This document shows, one piece after another, positions 1 to 10,035 of a stretch of DNA of 59,114 nt. Position numbers and translations under genes: made by a program. The notes under the pieces are model-generated. The model was given only the letters and a program-made list of their open reading frames with translations. It was not told the origin of the DNA and ran no database searches. The stretch's first letter is position 1; each line of letters opens with the position of its first letter. The stretch comes from a bacterium (lineage in GTDB: Bacteria; Patescibacteriota; Minisyncoccia; UBA6257; UBA9933). The stretch is from positions 1 to 59,114 of the forward strand of contig JAUYBE010000004.1 of assembly GCA_030693235.1 (NCBI GenBank). Direction: 5' to 3'.

Positions 1-8
1 ATAACACC

Positions 9-1079
9 TTGGTTGTTTTTGACAGATTTTCTTTGGAAAACGCCAATTCAGTCGTATTCGCCAAGGCCGGCGCCGGAAAATCCTACGCCACCAAACTTGA
101 AATTCTTCGCTCAATGATGATGGGAATAGATGTTTTGATTAGTGACCCGGAAAATGAATACCAAAAATTAGCCGAATCAGTCGGCGGCAGTTTCTTTAAA
201 ATTTCCCTTACTTCGGAAAATCAAATCAATCCTTTTGACATTCCGATTGTTCCCACAGGCGAGGACCCGGCCGATGTTTTCAAATCGCATATTTTGAATA
301 TTGCCGGTCTTGTAAAATTAATGCTCGGTTCAATTACACCTGAAGAAGACGCGTTTTTGGACAGGGCTATTATGGCTACTTACGAATCTCGGGATATTAC
401 GCCGGACAGGAAAGATTTTACCAGTATTGAGCCGCCCTTACTGGAAGATTTACAGGTTGTTCTGGGGAGTATGGAAGGCGGCAAGAATATGGCTAGTCGT
501 CTTGAAAAATTCACCAAAGGAAGCTACGCCGGTTTCGTCAACAGACCGACCAACATTGACATTAAAAACCGCTTGATTGTTTTTTCGGTGCGGGATTTGG
601 AAGAACAATTGCGGCCGATCGCGATGTATATTGTTTTGAATTTCATTTGGAATTTGATTCGGGCTGATTTCAAAAAACGGATTATGATAATTGACGAGGC
701 CTGGTGGTTGATGAAATATCCGGACAGCGCCGCTTTTCTTTTTTCTCTTGCCAAGCGGTGCAGAAAATATTACTTGGGATTGACGACTATTACCCAGAAC
801 GTTGAAGATTTTATGGAGTCGTCTTACGGCCGGCCGATTATCACCAACTCGGCGATTCAACTTTTATTGAAGCAGGCGCCGGCGAATATTGACGTTGTGG
901 CAAAAACTTTCAATCTTTCCGAAACGGAAAAACAACTGCTTTTGGAAGCCGAAGTCGGCGAAGGGATATTTTTCGCCGGTTTGAAGCACGTGGCGATTCA
1001 AATCATCGCTTCTTATTTTGAAAATCAGATTATTACGACAAATCCGGAGGAGTTATTAGAACAGCAGGAAAAAGTTTAA
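9..1079 (+). CDS. VirB4/TraC-like ATPase (DUF87-type), C-terminal part; 5-prime end outside window
   Basis: Walker A-like AKAGAGKS, Walker B IIDEAW, LAKRCRKY..GLTTITQ and 'GEGIFFAG' motifs typical of VirB4-family ATPases; reading frame is open from the window edge. Confidence 0.85.
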   Translation: MVVFDRFSLENANSVVFAKAGAGKSYATKLEILRSMMMGIDVLISDPENEYQKLAESVGGSFFKISLTSENQINPFDIPIVPTGEDPADVFKSHILNIAGLVKLMLGSITPEEDAFLDRAIMATYESRDITPDRKDFTSIEPPLLEDLQVVLGSMEGGKNMASRLEKFTKGSYAGFVNRPTNIDIKNRLIVFSVRDLEEQLRPIAMYIVLNFIWNLIRADFKKRIMIIDEAWWLMKYPDSAAFLFSLAKRCRKYYLGLTTITQNVEDFMESSYGRPIITNSAIQLLLKQAPANIDVVAKTFNLSETEKQLLLEAEVGEGIFFAGLKHVAIQIIASYFENQIITTNPEELLEQQEKV

Positions 1080-1095
1080 AAGTTTAAAAGCTTAA

Positions 1096-1470
1096 ATGGA
1101 CGAAGAGCAAAAGAAAATTTCATTGCCCGAAATAATTATAATGGCGATGATTGTCGGTGGAGCCGATTTGTTTGACGTATTTGTTAATTTGGCGGCGGCA
1201 GTGCCGGTTATTGGCCAGATTCTGCTTTTCGGCAACTGGTTTGTTGATATTTTTGTTTTGGCAATTGTCCAATTTTGGCTTATAATGAAAGGAGGAATCG
1301 GATTCAGAAAACAGGCGACGGTATTAGTCGGGAATTTGGTAGAAATGATTCCGCTTTTGGATATTTTGCCGATTAGGACAGCTACTTTATTGGTGGTGAT
1401 TTATATGATTAATCACCCGGGGATTGTAAAGAAGGTCACGAAACCGACACTAAACACTACGCGAAACTGA
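1096..1470 (+). CDS. hypothetical membrane protein of VirB4 cluster
   Basis: Hydrophobic segments, 'E.IPLLDILP' motif, co-oriented with VirB4. Confidence 0.7.
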   Translation: MDEEQKKISLPEIIIMAMIVGGADLFDVFVNLAAAVPVIGQILLFGNWFVDIFVLAIVQFWLIMKGGIGFRKQATVLVGNLVEMIPLLDILPIRTATLLVVIYMINHPGIVKKVTKPTLNTTRN

Positions 1471-1929
1471 CACGAAACCGTTTATGGTGGAATTATTATA
1501 CAAACAAGAATCGTATATTATTCAAGGAATAGCATTTGATATTTATAAAAATTTTAGAAATAGGCACAAAGAAATGGTTTATCATAATTCCTTTTATTGG
1601 GAATTAAAAGAAAAGGGTTTAAAAGTTGAAAAAGAAAAGAGAATAGATGTTTATTATAATAATAAAAAGGTTGGAGTTTATGTGCCTGATTTAATAGTGG
1701 AAGATAAAATTTTAATTGAATTGAAAGTTAAACCGAAATTAACCAATGATGATATTAAGCAATTCTGGCATTATTTAAAAAGTTCAAATTATAAATTAGG
1801 GTATCTTATAAATTTCGGCATTTCAAATGGAGTTCAGATTATTAGAAGAGTTAATTAAAATGAATACCAAACAGATACAAAATTACTTTTGGTTTCGTGT
1901 CGGTTTAGTGTGCGGTTTCGTGTCAGTTT
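1441..1929. mobile_element. GxxExxY gene flanked by inverted repeat arrays
   Basis: AAACTGACACGAAACCG (1464-1480) is the exact reverse complement of CGGTTTCGTGTCAGTTT (1913-1929); further degenerate copies on both sides. Confidence 0.55.
1484..1858 (+). CDS. GxxExxY protein (PD-(D/E)XK-like)
   Basis: 'HKEMVYHNSF..EL...GL.VEKEK...YVPDLIVEDKILIELK...YLK....LGYLINFG' family signature; the GxxExxY Gly is Arg here (RHKEMVY). Confidence 0.85.
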   Translation: MVELLYKQESYIIQGIAFDIYKNFRNRHKEMVYHNSFYWELKEKGLKVEKEKRIDVYYNNKKVGVYVPDLIVEDKILIELKVKPKLTNDDIKQFWHYLKSSNYKLGYLINFGISNGVQIIRRVN

Positions 1930-2576
1930 TGTGGTTGCTGCCATTAGTATCAGCGGCAGCAACGCCTCAGTTTTTAGTTTCTTGGCAGTCTAAAAATTAC
2001 AGCCCTTCATGGTATCAGGGAAAAATTTTTCCGACCAACGAGAGTATGGTTGAAGTCAGTTTTGAATTGATGGACAACGCTAAAATAGCCGACTTGTCCA
2101 AAGAAAAAATCCGCTGGTATGTCAATAATAATTTGGAAAAAAACGAGGATAGCGGTTTGGGGATAAAATCTTTGAGGTTTTCAATGTCGGATTATCCGGG
2201 TCGGACAACAGAAGTCAGGATAGAGATTTTTCATTATAAAGGCGGTGATGTAATCGGCAAAATTATCAATATTCCTTCGGTCTGGCCCGAAGTGGTGGTT
2301 GACGCGCCTTACGCGGACAATAAAATCGGCGTTGGTTCGTCGGTTTTTAAGGCGTTCCCGTTTTTTTTCAACGTTAAAAATTTTTACGACCTTTCAGCTG
2401 AATTGTCGGCGATGGGACAGCGGGTGGAAGGCTCCGGCGTCAACGCTTGGACGCTTAATTTAAACATTGATTCAAAAGCGCCGAAAGGCACGGAAATAAA
2501 TCTTTCGGTTTCCGTGAAAAGTCTTTTAAAGGAATTGGAGTTTGCGAGCAAAAGCGTTCAATTACGGGTTAAGTAG
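1860..2576 (+). CDS. hypothetical secreted protein
   Basis: ATG at 1860, signal-peptide-like N-terminus, beta-rich body. Confidence 0.65.
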   Translation: MNTKQIQNYFWFRVGLVCGFVSVLWLLPLVSAAATPQFLVSWQSKNYSPSWYQGKIFPTNESMVEVSFELMDNAKIADLSKEKIRWYVNNNLEKNEDSGLGIKSLRFSMSDYPGRTTEVRIEIFHYKGGDVIGKIINIPSVWPEVVVDAPYADNKIGVGSSVFKAFPFFFNVKNFYDLSAELSAMGQRVEGSGVNAWTLNLNIDSKAPKGTEINLSVSVKSLLKELEFASKSVQLRVK

Positions 2577-2620
2577 ATATATGCCAACATACGAATGGAT
2601 ACTAATTATACGAATAAACG

Positions 2621-2683
2621 TCATTGCGAACGAAGTGAAGCAATCTTAAGAGATTGCCACGGGCTAAAGCCCTCGCAATAACA
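2621..2683. repeat. palindromic repeat family B (GTCATTGCGA...AAGCAATC / GAGATTGC...CTCGCAA)
   Basis: Near-identical to copies at 46157-46218; related copies at 19103-19175, 45778-45815, 46112-46145, 53108-53137. Confidence 0.85.
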
Positions 2684-2695
2684 AGTAAACACATA

Positions 2696-3574
2696 ATGAA
2701 TCTAAACAAGTTTCAAAAAATTTCAACAAGTTTCTTTTTGCTAGTTTTTCTATTTTCTGCTTTTTATTTTGTGTTTTCTGATAATAAAGTTTTTGCAGCG
2801 GAGACCGATAGTCCAACAATAAATCTTGATTGTAAAACAAATCCGAATGCTTACCCTTGGTGCCAGGAAGCGAAGCAAGGAATCGCTCCTTTGGTTAATA
2901 ATTTTTATAAAATCGCTTTGGGTTTTGCCGGCGCCAGCGCCTTGGGAGTTTTGATTTACGGCGCGATTTTATGGACGCTTTCCGGCGCCGTGACTTCCAA
3001 ACAAGACGCCAAGGAATGGATCTCCGGCGCGCTTTGGGGTCTGGCGCTTTTATTGGGCGCTTATTTGATTCTTTGGACGATTAACCCGCAGTTGATAGAA
3101 TTAAAAGACCCAATGAAAGACGCGCCGGAGGTGAGTGTTCCCGTGCCGTCGCCAATCGCCCTGCCGTTGGTGCCACCAATCGGTTTTGGCGGCAACACGC
3201 AGACTCGTCAAGACTTAACGATAATTAGCGAAGGTAAAATTACGGTTAATAATATACACCCAATAGTAACGAATCTTGGCGGTCTCCGCAATACAACTAC
3301 TAGGGGCATTGTCTCGCTTTGGAGGGCTTGCGGAGAGTGTAATATAGTTATAAGTGGCGGAACAGAACCAGGACACGCAGAAGGTATTTATAGTCATACT
3401 AATGGTTATAAACTTGATCTGCATCCGAATGCAACCTTAAATAGTGCTATCAATAAGCAAATTGGTCGTTCCGGTTCGATTCCGCCGCCAGCAGATACTA
3501 ATTATAAAGGCGCAGACGGAAATATTTATCGATATGAAACTGATCACTGGGATGTCTGCTTCCAGTGCCGTTAG
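2696..3574 (+). CDS. TrbC/VirB2-like pilin domain fused to C-terminal M15-like Zn-peptidase domain
   Basis: Pilin-like TM hairpin 'LIYGAILWTLSGA...AKEWISGALWGLALLLGAYLILWTINP'; C-terminal 'SHTNGYKLD...ETDHWD' resembles LAS/M15 Zn ligands. Confidence 0.65.
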   Translation: MNLNKFQKISTSFFLLVFLFSAFYFVFSDNKVFAAETDSPTINLDCKTNPNAYPWCQEAKQGIAPLVNNFYKIALGFAGASALGVLIYGAILWTLSGAVTSKQDAKEWISGALWGLALLLGAYLILWTINPQLIELKDPMKDAPEVSVPVPSPIALPLVPPIGFGGNTQTRQDLTIISEGKITVNNIHPIVTNLGGLRNTTTRGIVSLWRACGECNIVISGGTEPGHAEGIYSHTNGYKLDLHPNATLNSAINKQIGRSGSIPPPADTNYKGADGNIYRYETDHWDVCFQCR

Positions 3575-3596
3575 AAATATAAAAACTATTAAATAA

Positions 3597-4775
3597 ATGA
3601 AAAAAACAATCATCATAATCAGCGTTGTTTTGGGAATTCTCGCCATGGCGGTCGGCGTTTATTTTGCCTGGAAAAAATCAAGGGAACTTTTGACGCCGCC
3701 AATTATTGACCAACGACCGACGATTGACGACCAACGACTGCCGGCTTTGGCGGAAAAGAAAATAAAAATTTTAAGCGACCAGCCGATTTTTGATTATTGG
3801 GTTTATCAGCCGCAATTTGTTGCCACTGCCACCGCCACTTCTACGGGAACTATCACGCGTGATAGTATTGTTTTTTATTTTAATCAAGACGGCTTGCTCT
3901 TTAAAGTTAAAGAAGACGCTGAAGACGAAGCCATTATGCCGGAGCCGATTGATAATCTTCAATCAATAAAATCTTCTTTTGACGGGAAACTTGCGCTGAT
4001 AAAATTCGGAGACGCTAATTTTTCGGGATTTGTGATTTTCAACGCTGAAACCAAAGTTCAGGAATTTTTGCCGGAAAACATTACAGCCGCGGCTTTTTCG
4101 CCGGATGCCAAAAAAATAGTTTATCTTCAGAAACAAGTCGGCTTCAAAACCGCCAGCGATTTGATTATCAAAGAATTAACCGGCGCCAAACCAAAAACTA
4201 CGAAAATTCTGTCTTTTAACCAGATGGATTTTGATTTGGATTGGATTTTGCCGGAAACCGTTATTTTAACGCCGAAACCTTCGGCTTTTTCAGCGGCTTC
4301 GGCTTGGAGCGTTGACATTAAAAATAAAACTTTCAAGCCGCTGTGGCCGATTGATTTGAGCGGGTTGATGATTAATTGGTCAATTGACGGAAGAACTGAC
4401 GGAAAATTGGGGTTGCAATTTAACAGCGGCGGGAGAGAAACAAAAAATTCTTTGATTTTAATTAATGAAAAAGGAGAAAAGCAGGCGAATTTTGATTTCC
4501 TGACTTTGCCGAATAAGTGTTTTTTTGCCGAACCGAAAATTTATTGCGCCGTTCCTTTGGAAATACCGAAAAATACGATTTTGCCCGACGACTATCTTAA
4601 AAAAGCGGTTTATTTCAAGGATTTTTTGTATCAAATCAATATCAGCCAGAACTCGCTTTCGGAAATTTTCAGCGCAGCCGAGCCGATAATCGACGCGGTA
4701 AATTTGAGGATTTTAGACAATAAACTATTATTTATAAACAGATACGACAACAGATTGTATAGTTTGGAATTATAA
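3597..4775 (+). CDS. membrane-anchored protein, probable beta-propeller
   Basis: N-terminal TM helix; 'AFSPDAKKIVY' TolB-like repeats. Confidence 0.65.
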   Translation: MKKTIIIISVVLGILAMAVGVYFAWKKSRELLTPPIIDQRPTIDDQRLPALAEKKIKILSDQPIFDYWVYQPQFVATATATSTGTITRDSIVFYFNQDGLLFKVKEDAEDEAIMPEPIDNLQSIKSSFDGKLALIKFGDANFSGFVIFNAETKVQEFLPENITAAAFSPDAKKIVYLQKQVGFKTASDLIIKELTGAKPKTTKILSFNQMDFDLDWILPETVILTPKPSAFSAASAWSVDIKNKTFKPLWPIDLSGLMINWSIDGRTDGKLGLQFNSGGRETKNSLILINEKGEKQANFDFLTLPNKCFFAEPKIYCAVPLEIPKNTILPDDYLKKAVYFKDFLYQINISQNSLSEIFSAAEPIIDAVNLRILDNKLLFINRYDNRLYSLEL

Positions 4776-6103
4776 TGAAGCGTTATTGGCAAAAATTTTT
4801 ATTGTACGCGCAATTGCCGGAGATGCGGCTTTTTTGGTTTTTTTTACCGTTTTTAATCATTCTTTTAACCGTCAATATTTTTTATTTGCCGAAGCTTTTG
4901 ATTTTTGCCACGGTGGCGATTTTTTTCGTTTTAGGAGCGATTATTTTGGTTAATAATCTTCGTTTGGCGCGTTCAAATTTAGAAATTAAAATTGAACGCA
5001 ATGAATTGAAAAGCATCATTACAAATCTTCGCGATGGCGTCATCGCTTACGACCCGAATTTCAAGATTGTGATTTTTAACCGGGCGGCCGAGGAAATTTT
5101 CAATCTTCAAGCGCAGGAAACCATAGGCCAGTTTTTTAGTCCGGAACGCGCCCGGGAGCCCCGTTTTAAATTATTGAGTCAGGCGATTTTTCCGTCTTTG
5201 GCGCCGTTGGTTATCAGGAGATCGGAGTTCGGAGTTTACCCTCAGATTATCGATCTTTCTTTTGACGAACCGCAAATTGAATTGCGGGTGTCAACGGATA
5301 AAATTATTGATTCCAACGGCCAGCTTTTGGGTTTCGTTAAATTGGTTCATGACAGAACGCGGGAAGTAGAATTAATGCGTTCAAAAAGTGAATTCATCGC
5401 CGTTGCTTCTCATCAATTGCGGACACCGTTAACGGGCGTTCATTGGGCGCTTGAATCTCTGTCAAAACAAACTTTGTCCGAGGAACAGAAAGGATTATTA
5501 AACATCGCTCTTCAAGAAACGACCAATCTTTCAAAGATTGTCAATGATCTGCTGGATGTTTCTAAAATTGAAGAGGGTAAATTCGGTTATCAATTTGAAA
5601 ACATTAATATTATTGATTTTATTAAAGAAACAATTGTCAGCGTTCAGGATTTGGCAAAGCAATTCGGGGTTAAACTTTATTTTCAAAAACCCGAGGAGCC
5701 GTCGATTGTTGTTCCCGTTGATTCTCAAAAATTAGGGATAGTTTTGTTTAATTTGCTTGATAATGCCATCAGATACAACGTGGCAAATGGCCAGGTAATA
5801 GCAACGGTTGAGCGGGTGAAAAACGAACCTTATGTTCAAATCAGCGTTAAAGATACCGGAGTTGGCATTCCGGCCGATCAAATAAACAAATTGTTCACTA
5901 AATTTTTCCGGGCGGATAACGCGGTGAAATTCGCTCCCGGCGGCTCGGGCTTGGGACTTTATATCGCCAAAAATATTATCAAGCGCCACAGCGGTGAAAT
6001 TCGGGTTGAATCGGAAATAAATCGCGGTTCAACATTTTATTTTACTTTGCCGACCGACTCTAAGCTGATACCATTAAAGGAGATAGTGTATGGAGAAGAG
6101 TAA
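4775..6103 (+). CDS. PAS-domain sensor histidine kinase
   Basis: 2 TM, PAS (DGVIAYD...FNRAAE), H-box ASHQLRTPL, N-box NLLDNAIRY, G boxes DTGVGI/GSGLGL. Confidence 0.95.
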   Translation: MKRYWQKFLLYAQLPEMRLFWFFLPFLIILLTVNIFYLPKLLIFATVAIFFVLGAIILVNNLRLARSNLEIKIERNELKSIITNLRDGVIAYDPNFKIVIFNRAAEEIFNLQAQETIGQFFSPERAREPRFKLLSQAIFPSLAPLVIRRSEFGVYPQIIDLSFDEPQIELRVSTDKIIDSNGQLLGFVKLVHDRTREVELMRSKSEFIAVASHQLRTPLTGVHWALESLSKQTLSEEQKGLLNIALQETTNLSKIVNDLLDVSKIEEGKFGYQFENINIIDFIKETIVSVQDLAKQFGVKLYFQKPEEPSIVVPVDSQKLGIVLFNLLDNAIRYNVANGQVIATVERVKNEPYVQISVKDTGVGIPADQINKLFTKFFRADNAVKFAPGGSGLGLYIAKNIIKRHSGEIRVESEINRGSTFYFTLPTDSKLIPLKEIVYGEE

Positions 6104-6194
6104 ATCACCGAATAACGAATAAATTACGAATTTACGAATAAACGAATTCGTATATTCGCGCAGATTCGTTATTCGTTGATAGAGCGAAGTGATT

Positions 6195-7142
6195 ATGCCT
6201 GAGCTTCCCGAGGTTCAAACAATCGTAGATGATTTAAACAAGAAAATTATTGGGCGTCGGATAATCGATGTTTGGTTTGACGCGCCTAAGATAATTACCA
6301 TTATCTTCGCGGATAAACGCGGACTGATACGCGGAACAACGCGGAATTTTAAGAAAATTTTTAATGATAAAATTAAGGGTCTAAAAATTGCTGATGTTAA
6401 ACGAAGAGGAAAAAATATTTTAATTTATCTTGCTAAAACCCAAAACCTAACACCTAAAACCTATTTATTGCTTATTCATCAAAAATTAACAGGGCATTTA
6501 TTGTGCGGCAAATGGCAAATGGCAAATCGCAAAGCGATTTCTTTAATAAAAGGCCCGTTGGAAGAAAAAGTCAATAATTATATTCGTCTGATTTTTTATT
6601 TGGATAATGGCTGGCAATTGGGACTTTCTGATTTAAGAAAATTTGCCAAAGTTTTATTCGGTTCGAAAGAGGAAATTGAAAAATTGCCGGATTTGGTAAA
6701 AATCGGACCGGAGCCGTTAGATAAAAGTTTTAAAGTCGGAAAGTTTATAGAAACCCTTCGGCAGGCTCAGGGCAAGCGAAAAATAAAACAGGTTTTAATG
6801 GACCAAGAAGTAATTGCCGGCATCGGCAATATTTATTCCGATGAAATTTTGTGGCAGGCGAAAATCCACCCGTTTAAAAAAGCCAATGAGCTAACCACTA
6901 ACGAGCTAAAAAGCTTATACGCGGCGATGCGGCAGATATTAAAAAAAGCGGTGAAATTGCGCGGAACTTCAACGAGTGATTATCGAGATACTGAAGGCAG
7001 GTCCGGCGTTTATGCTAAAGTAAGATATGTTTACCAACGGGAAGGTGAAAAATGTTATCGTTGCCAGGCATTGATTAAAAGAGTTAAAATAGGAGGAAGA
7101 AGCAGCCGTTTTTGTCCCGCCTGCCAACGGCTAAAGCCGTAG
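6195..7142 (+). CDS. mutM: formamidopyrimidine-DNA glycosylase
   Basis: MPELPEV N-terminus, RRGK, GIGNIYSDE, C-terminal CxxC...CxxC zinc finger. Confidence 0.97.
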   Translation: MPELPEVQTIVDDLNKKIIGRRIIDVWFDAPKIITIIFADKRGLIRGTTRNFKKIFNDKIKGLKIADVKRRGKNILIYLAKTQNLTPKTYLLLIHQKLTGHLLCGKWQMANRKAISLIKGPLEEKVNNYIRLIFYLDNGWQLGLSDLRKFAKVLFGSKEEIEKLPDLVKIGPEPLDKSFKVGKFIETLRQAQGKRKIKQVLMDQEVIAGIGNIYSDEILWQAKIHPFKKANELTTNELKSLYAAMRQILKKAVKLRGTSTSDYRDTEGRSGVYAKVRYVYQREGEKCYRCQALIKRVKIGGRSSRFCPACQRLKP

Positions 7143-7162
7143 GCTTTGGCGGGCAGGCCAAA

Positions 7163-8797
7163 ATGCCAAAAAATATAAAAAAATACATTTTCGTTGTTGG
7201 CGGCGTGATGTCCGGAGTAGGCAAAGGAGTTGCCGCGGCTTCAATCGGCAAGATTTTGCAATCTCGCGGTTTTGAAGTTACGGCAATTAAAATAGACCCT
7301 TACGTCAATGTCGATGCCGGCACGATGAATCCGACGGAGCATGGCGAAGTTTTTGTTCTGGACGACGGTATGGAGTGCGACCAGGATATGGGAAATTACG
7401 AGCGGTTTTTGGACCGCGACTTGACCCGCGATAATTATATGACCACGGGCAGTATTTATCAGGCGGTTATCAATCGCGAAAGAAATTTGGGTTATGGCGG
7501 CAAATGCGTTGAAGTTGTGCCGCATATCCCATTAGAAGTTTTATCAAGAATAGAGAAAGCGGCTGAAAAAAATAAAGCCGATATCACTATTATTGAAATT
7601 GGCGGAACCGTGGGCGAATATCAAAACATTTTATTCTTGGAAGCGATTAGAATGCTGAAAATCAAAAAACCGGACGACGTTCTTTTGGTTTTGGTAAGTT
7701 ATTTGCCGCTTCAAAATAATCAAAGCGAGCTTAAAACCAAGCCGACTCAATACGCGGTAAGGACTTTGAATTCTGCCGGACTTCAGCCGGATATTATTCT
7801 AGCCCGAGCAACCGCTTTCTTGGATAAAAAACGCAAAGAAAAAATTGCTTTTAATTGCAATCTTCCCGAAGAAAACGTAATCTCAGCTCCCGACGTGGAA
7901 AGCATTTACGAGATACCGCTCAATTTTGAAAAGGATAATTTAAGCGCCGTATTGTTGGAAAAATTAAAACTAAAATTCAAAAAACAGGATTTGCGAAATT
8001 GGCGGCGGTTTGTGAGCGGTATTCGGCGAGCAAAAAAACCGATTAAAATCGGCATCGTCGGCAAATATTTCGGCACCGGCGAATTTGTTTTGGCGGATTC
8101 TTATGTTTCGGTTATCGAGGCCGTCAAGCACGCGGCTTATCATTCCAATCGCAAGCCGGTTATTCAGTGGCTTAACGCCGAAACTTACGAGGTTAAACCC
8201 CATAAGATTAAAGAATTGGGGGAGTTTGATGGAATCATCGTTCCGGGCGGTTTTGGCGGTCGGGGAGTAGAAGGGAAAATCGCCGTCATCAATTATTGCC
8301 GTCGGAATAAAATTCCTTTTCTGGGACTATGCTATGGAATGCAGTTGGCGGTTGTGGAATTCAGCCGCAACGTCGCCGGACTTAAAAAAGCTCATACCAC
8401 GGAAGTTAATCCGGAAACTCCTTATCCGGTTATTGATATTTTACCCGAACAAAAGCAAAAACTGGCTAAAAAAGATTACGGCGGCAGTATGCGTTTGGGC
8501 GTTTATCCGGCATCGCTTAAAAAAGGGACAATAGCGTATGCCGCTTACAAAGAGTATTTAATCTCCGAAAAACACCGTCATCGTTATGAAGTTAATCCCG
8601 ATTACGTCAAGCGCTTGGAAAAAAAGGGGATAATTTTTTCGGGTTTTTCGCCGGATCGGCAGTTGATGGAAATTATGGAATTGCCGGTTAAAAATCATCC
8701 CTTTTTTGTTGCCAGCCAGTTTCATCCGGAATTTAAATCGCGGCCGCTGAAACCGCATCCGTTATTCAGGGAATTTATTAAGACAGCGCTAAACTAA
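7163..8797 (+). CDS. pyrG: CTP synthase
   Basis: GGVMSGVGKG, KIDPYVNVDAGTM, GLCYG, HRHRYE, QFHPEF. Confidence 0.98.
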   Translation: MPKNIKKYIFVVGGVMSGVGKGVAAASIGKILQSRGFEVTAIKIDPYVNVDAGTMNPTEHGEVFVLDDGMECDQDMGNYERFLDRDLTRDNYMTTGSIYQAVINRERNLGYGGKCVEVVPHIPLEVLSRIEKAAEKNKADITIIEIGGTVGEYQNILFLEAIRMLKIKKPDDVLLVLVSYLPLQNNQSELKTKPTQYAVRTLNSAGLQPDIILARATAFLDKKRKEKIAFNCNLPEENVISAPDVESIYEIPLNFEKDNLSAVLLEKLKLKFKKQDLRNWRRFVSGIRRAKKPIKIGIVGKYFGTGEFVLADSYVSVIEAVKHAAYHSNRKPVIQWLNAETYEVKPHKIKELGEFDGIIVPGGFGGRGVEGKIAVINYCRRNKIPFLGLCYGMQLAVVEFSRNVAGLKKAHTTEVNPETPYPVIDILPEQKQKLAKKDYGGSMRLGVYPASLKKGTIAYAAYKEYLISEKHRHRYEVNPDYVKRLEKKGIIFSGFSPDRQLMEIMELPVKNHPFFVASQFHPEFKSRPLKPHPLFREFIKTALN

Positions 8798-8855
8798 CAC
8801 TAAACTTTTTTGTATAGTTTCGTGTATAGTTTCGTGTCAGTTTTGTGCAAGAAAA

Positions 8856-9698
8856 ATGTTAATTTTTCTATACGGTTCTGATTCTTATCGTCGGCAGAAA
8901 AAATTAAATTATTACACAGAAGAATACAGAAAGAAATATTCCAATCTTTCTTGTGATTTTTTTGATTTGGAAAATCCCGAAGAATTTTTAAGATTAAAAG
9001 AATTTTCCGGCCAGCAATTGCTTTTTGACAATAAAAAAATGGCGGTTTTGAACAATGTTTTTGAGATTGAAACGAAAGAATTGAAAGTTTTTTTAAAAAA
9101 ATATATAGATTTGGAGGATTTCACGATTTTAATTTCTGAAGACAATTTGCCGTCGAAAGAATTGGAATTTATGATAAAAAAAGCGTTTAAAGTTGAAGAA
9201 TTCAAAGAGCTTAAAAACGAGAATTGGCGATTTTTTGTTCAAAAAGAAGCCAAAGAAAGAAAAGCGGTCTTAACGCCCGGAGCTGTAAATTTTTTAGCCG
9301 AAGTTTATAAAAACGACAACTGGGGTTTGGTCAATGAATTGGATAAAATAAGTTTATGGCATTCGAATAGCGCGCCTTCGCCTATCGACATTGAAGATTT
9401 GAAGAAAATCGGCGATTATAATTACGAGTCGCCGGACATTTTCGCTTTTATCAACGCCGTTTCTCTGCCTACGGCAGATCTCTCGCAGGGAGAAAGAAAT
9501 TGGCCCTTGGCGCGCAGAATTATCGCTTTGGAAAAATTATTTATCAGTCAGGAAGAGCCGGTTAAAATTTTTAACATCTTCGCGAGCTTGAATCGATTGC
9601 CTCGTCAAATAATCGAAAAACTTGCCGATTGCGATATAATGGTAAAATCGGGGAAAATGGACTATGAAGAAGTTTTAGTTGATTTGGCGTTGAGTTAA
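8856..9698 (+). CDS. holA: DNA polymerase III delta subunit
   Basis: 'MLIFLYGSDSY', 'NELDKI' HolA-like motifs. Confidence 0.8.
   Translation: MLIFLYGSDSYRRQKKLNYYTEEYRKKYSNLSCDFFDLENPEEFLRLKEFSGQQLLFDNKKMAVLNNVFEIETKELKVFLKKYIDLEDFTILISEDNLPSKELEFMIKKAFKVEEFKELKNENWRFFVQKEAKERKAVLTPGAVNFLAEVYKNDNWGLVNELDKISLWHSNSAPSPIDIEDLKKIGDYNYESPDIFAFINAVSLPTADLSQGERNWPLARRIIALEKLFISQEEPVKIFNIFASLNRLPRQIIEKLADCDIMVKSGKMDYEEVLVDLALS
9464..9493. repeat. 30-bp repeat family C, in frame in holA
   Basis: Reverse complement differs by 1 nt from 12727-12756; third copy at 11622-11651 in infB. Confidence 0.85.
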
Positions 9699-9712
9699 GA
9701 GTAAATTTTTTT

Positions 9713-9799
9713 GGAAGGTTGGCAGAGTGGTCTAATGCGCCGCACTTGAAATGCGGTTGAGGAGAAATCCTCTCGGAGGTTCGAATCCTCCACCTTCCG
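9713..9799 (+). tRNA. tRNA-Ser(TGA)
   Basis: Cloverleaf GGAAGGT/ACCTTCC acceptor, loop CT-TGA-AA, long variable arm, GGTTCGAATCC. Confidence 0.95.
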
Positions 9800-9800
9800 C

Positions 9801-9840
9801 AATACAAAACAGCCCCGCCGCGACGGGGCTGTTTTGTATT
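9801..9840. terminator. bidirectional intrinsic terminator
   Basis: Perfect 17-bp inverted repeat AATACAAAACAGCCCCG/CGGGGCTGTTTTGTATT directly after tRNA. Confidence 0.8.
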
Positions 9841-10035
9841 GCGGTGTATTCTAAAAATAGCTCGAACGGAATTCTGTCCTCGTCCCGTTTCGCGGGACTC
9901 GGAATGGGCGGGCGAGCAGAATGAAAGGCGAAGCCGAGAGCATTAACAATTTCAAATTTTTCTTTGGCGGCAGATTCTCTCCCGTATGATCTTAAGGAAT
10001 TTCAAACAAGATGCACGCAATATAAGAAAAACTAA

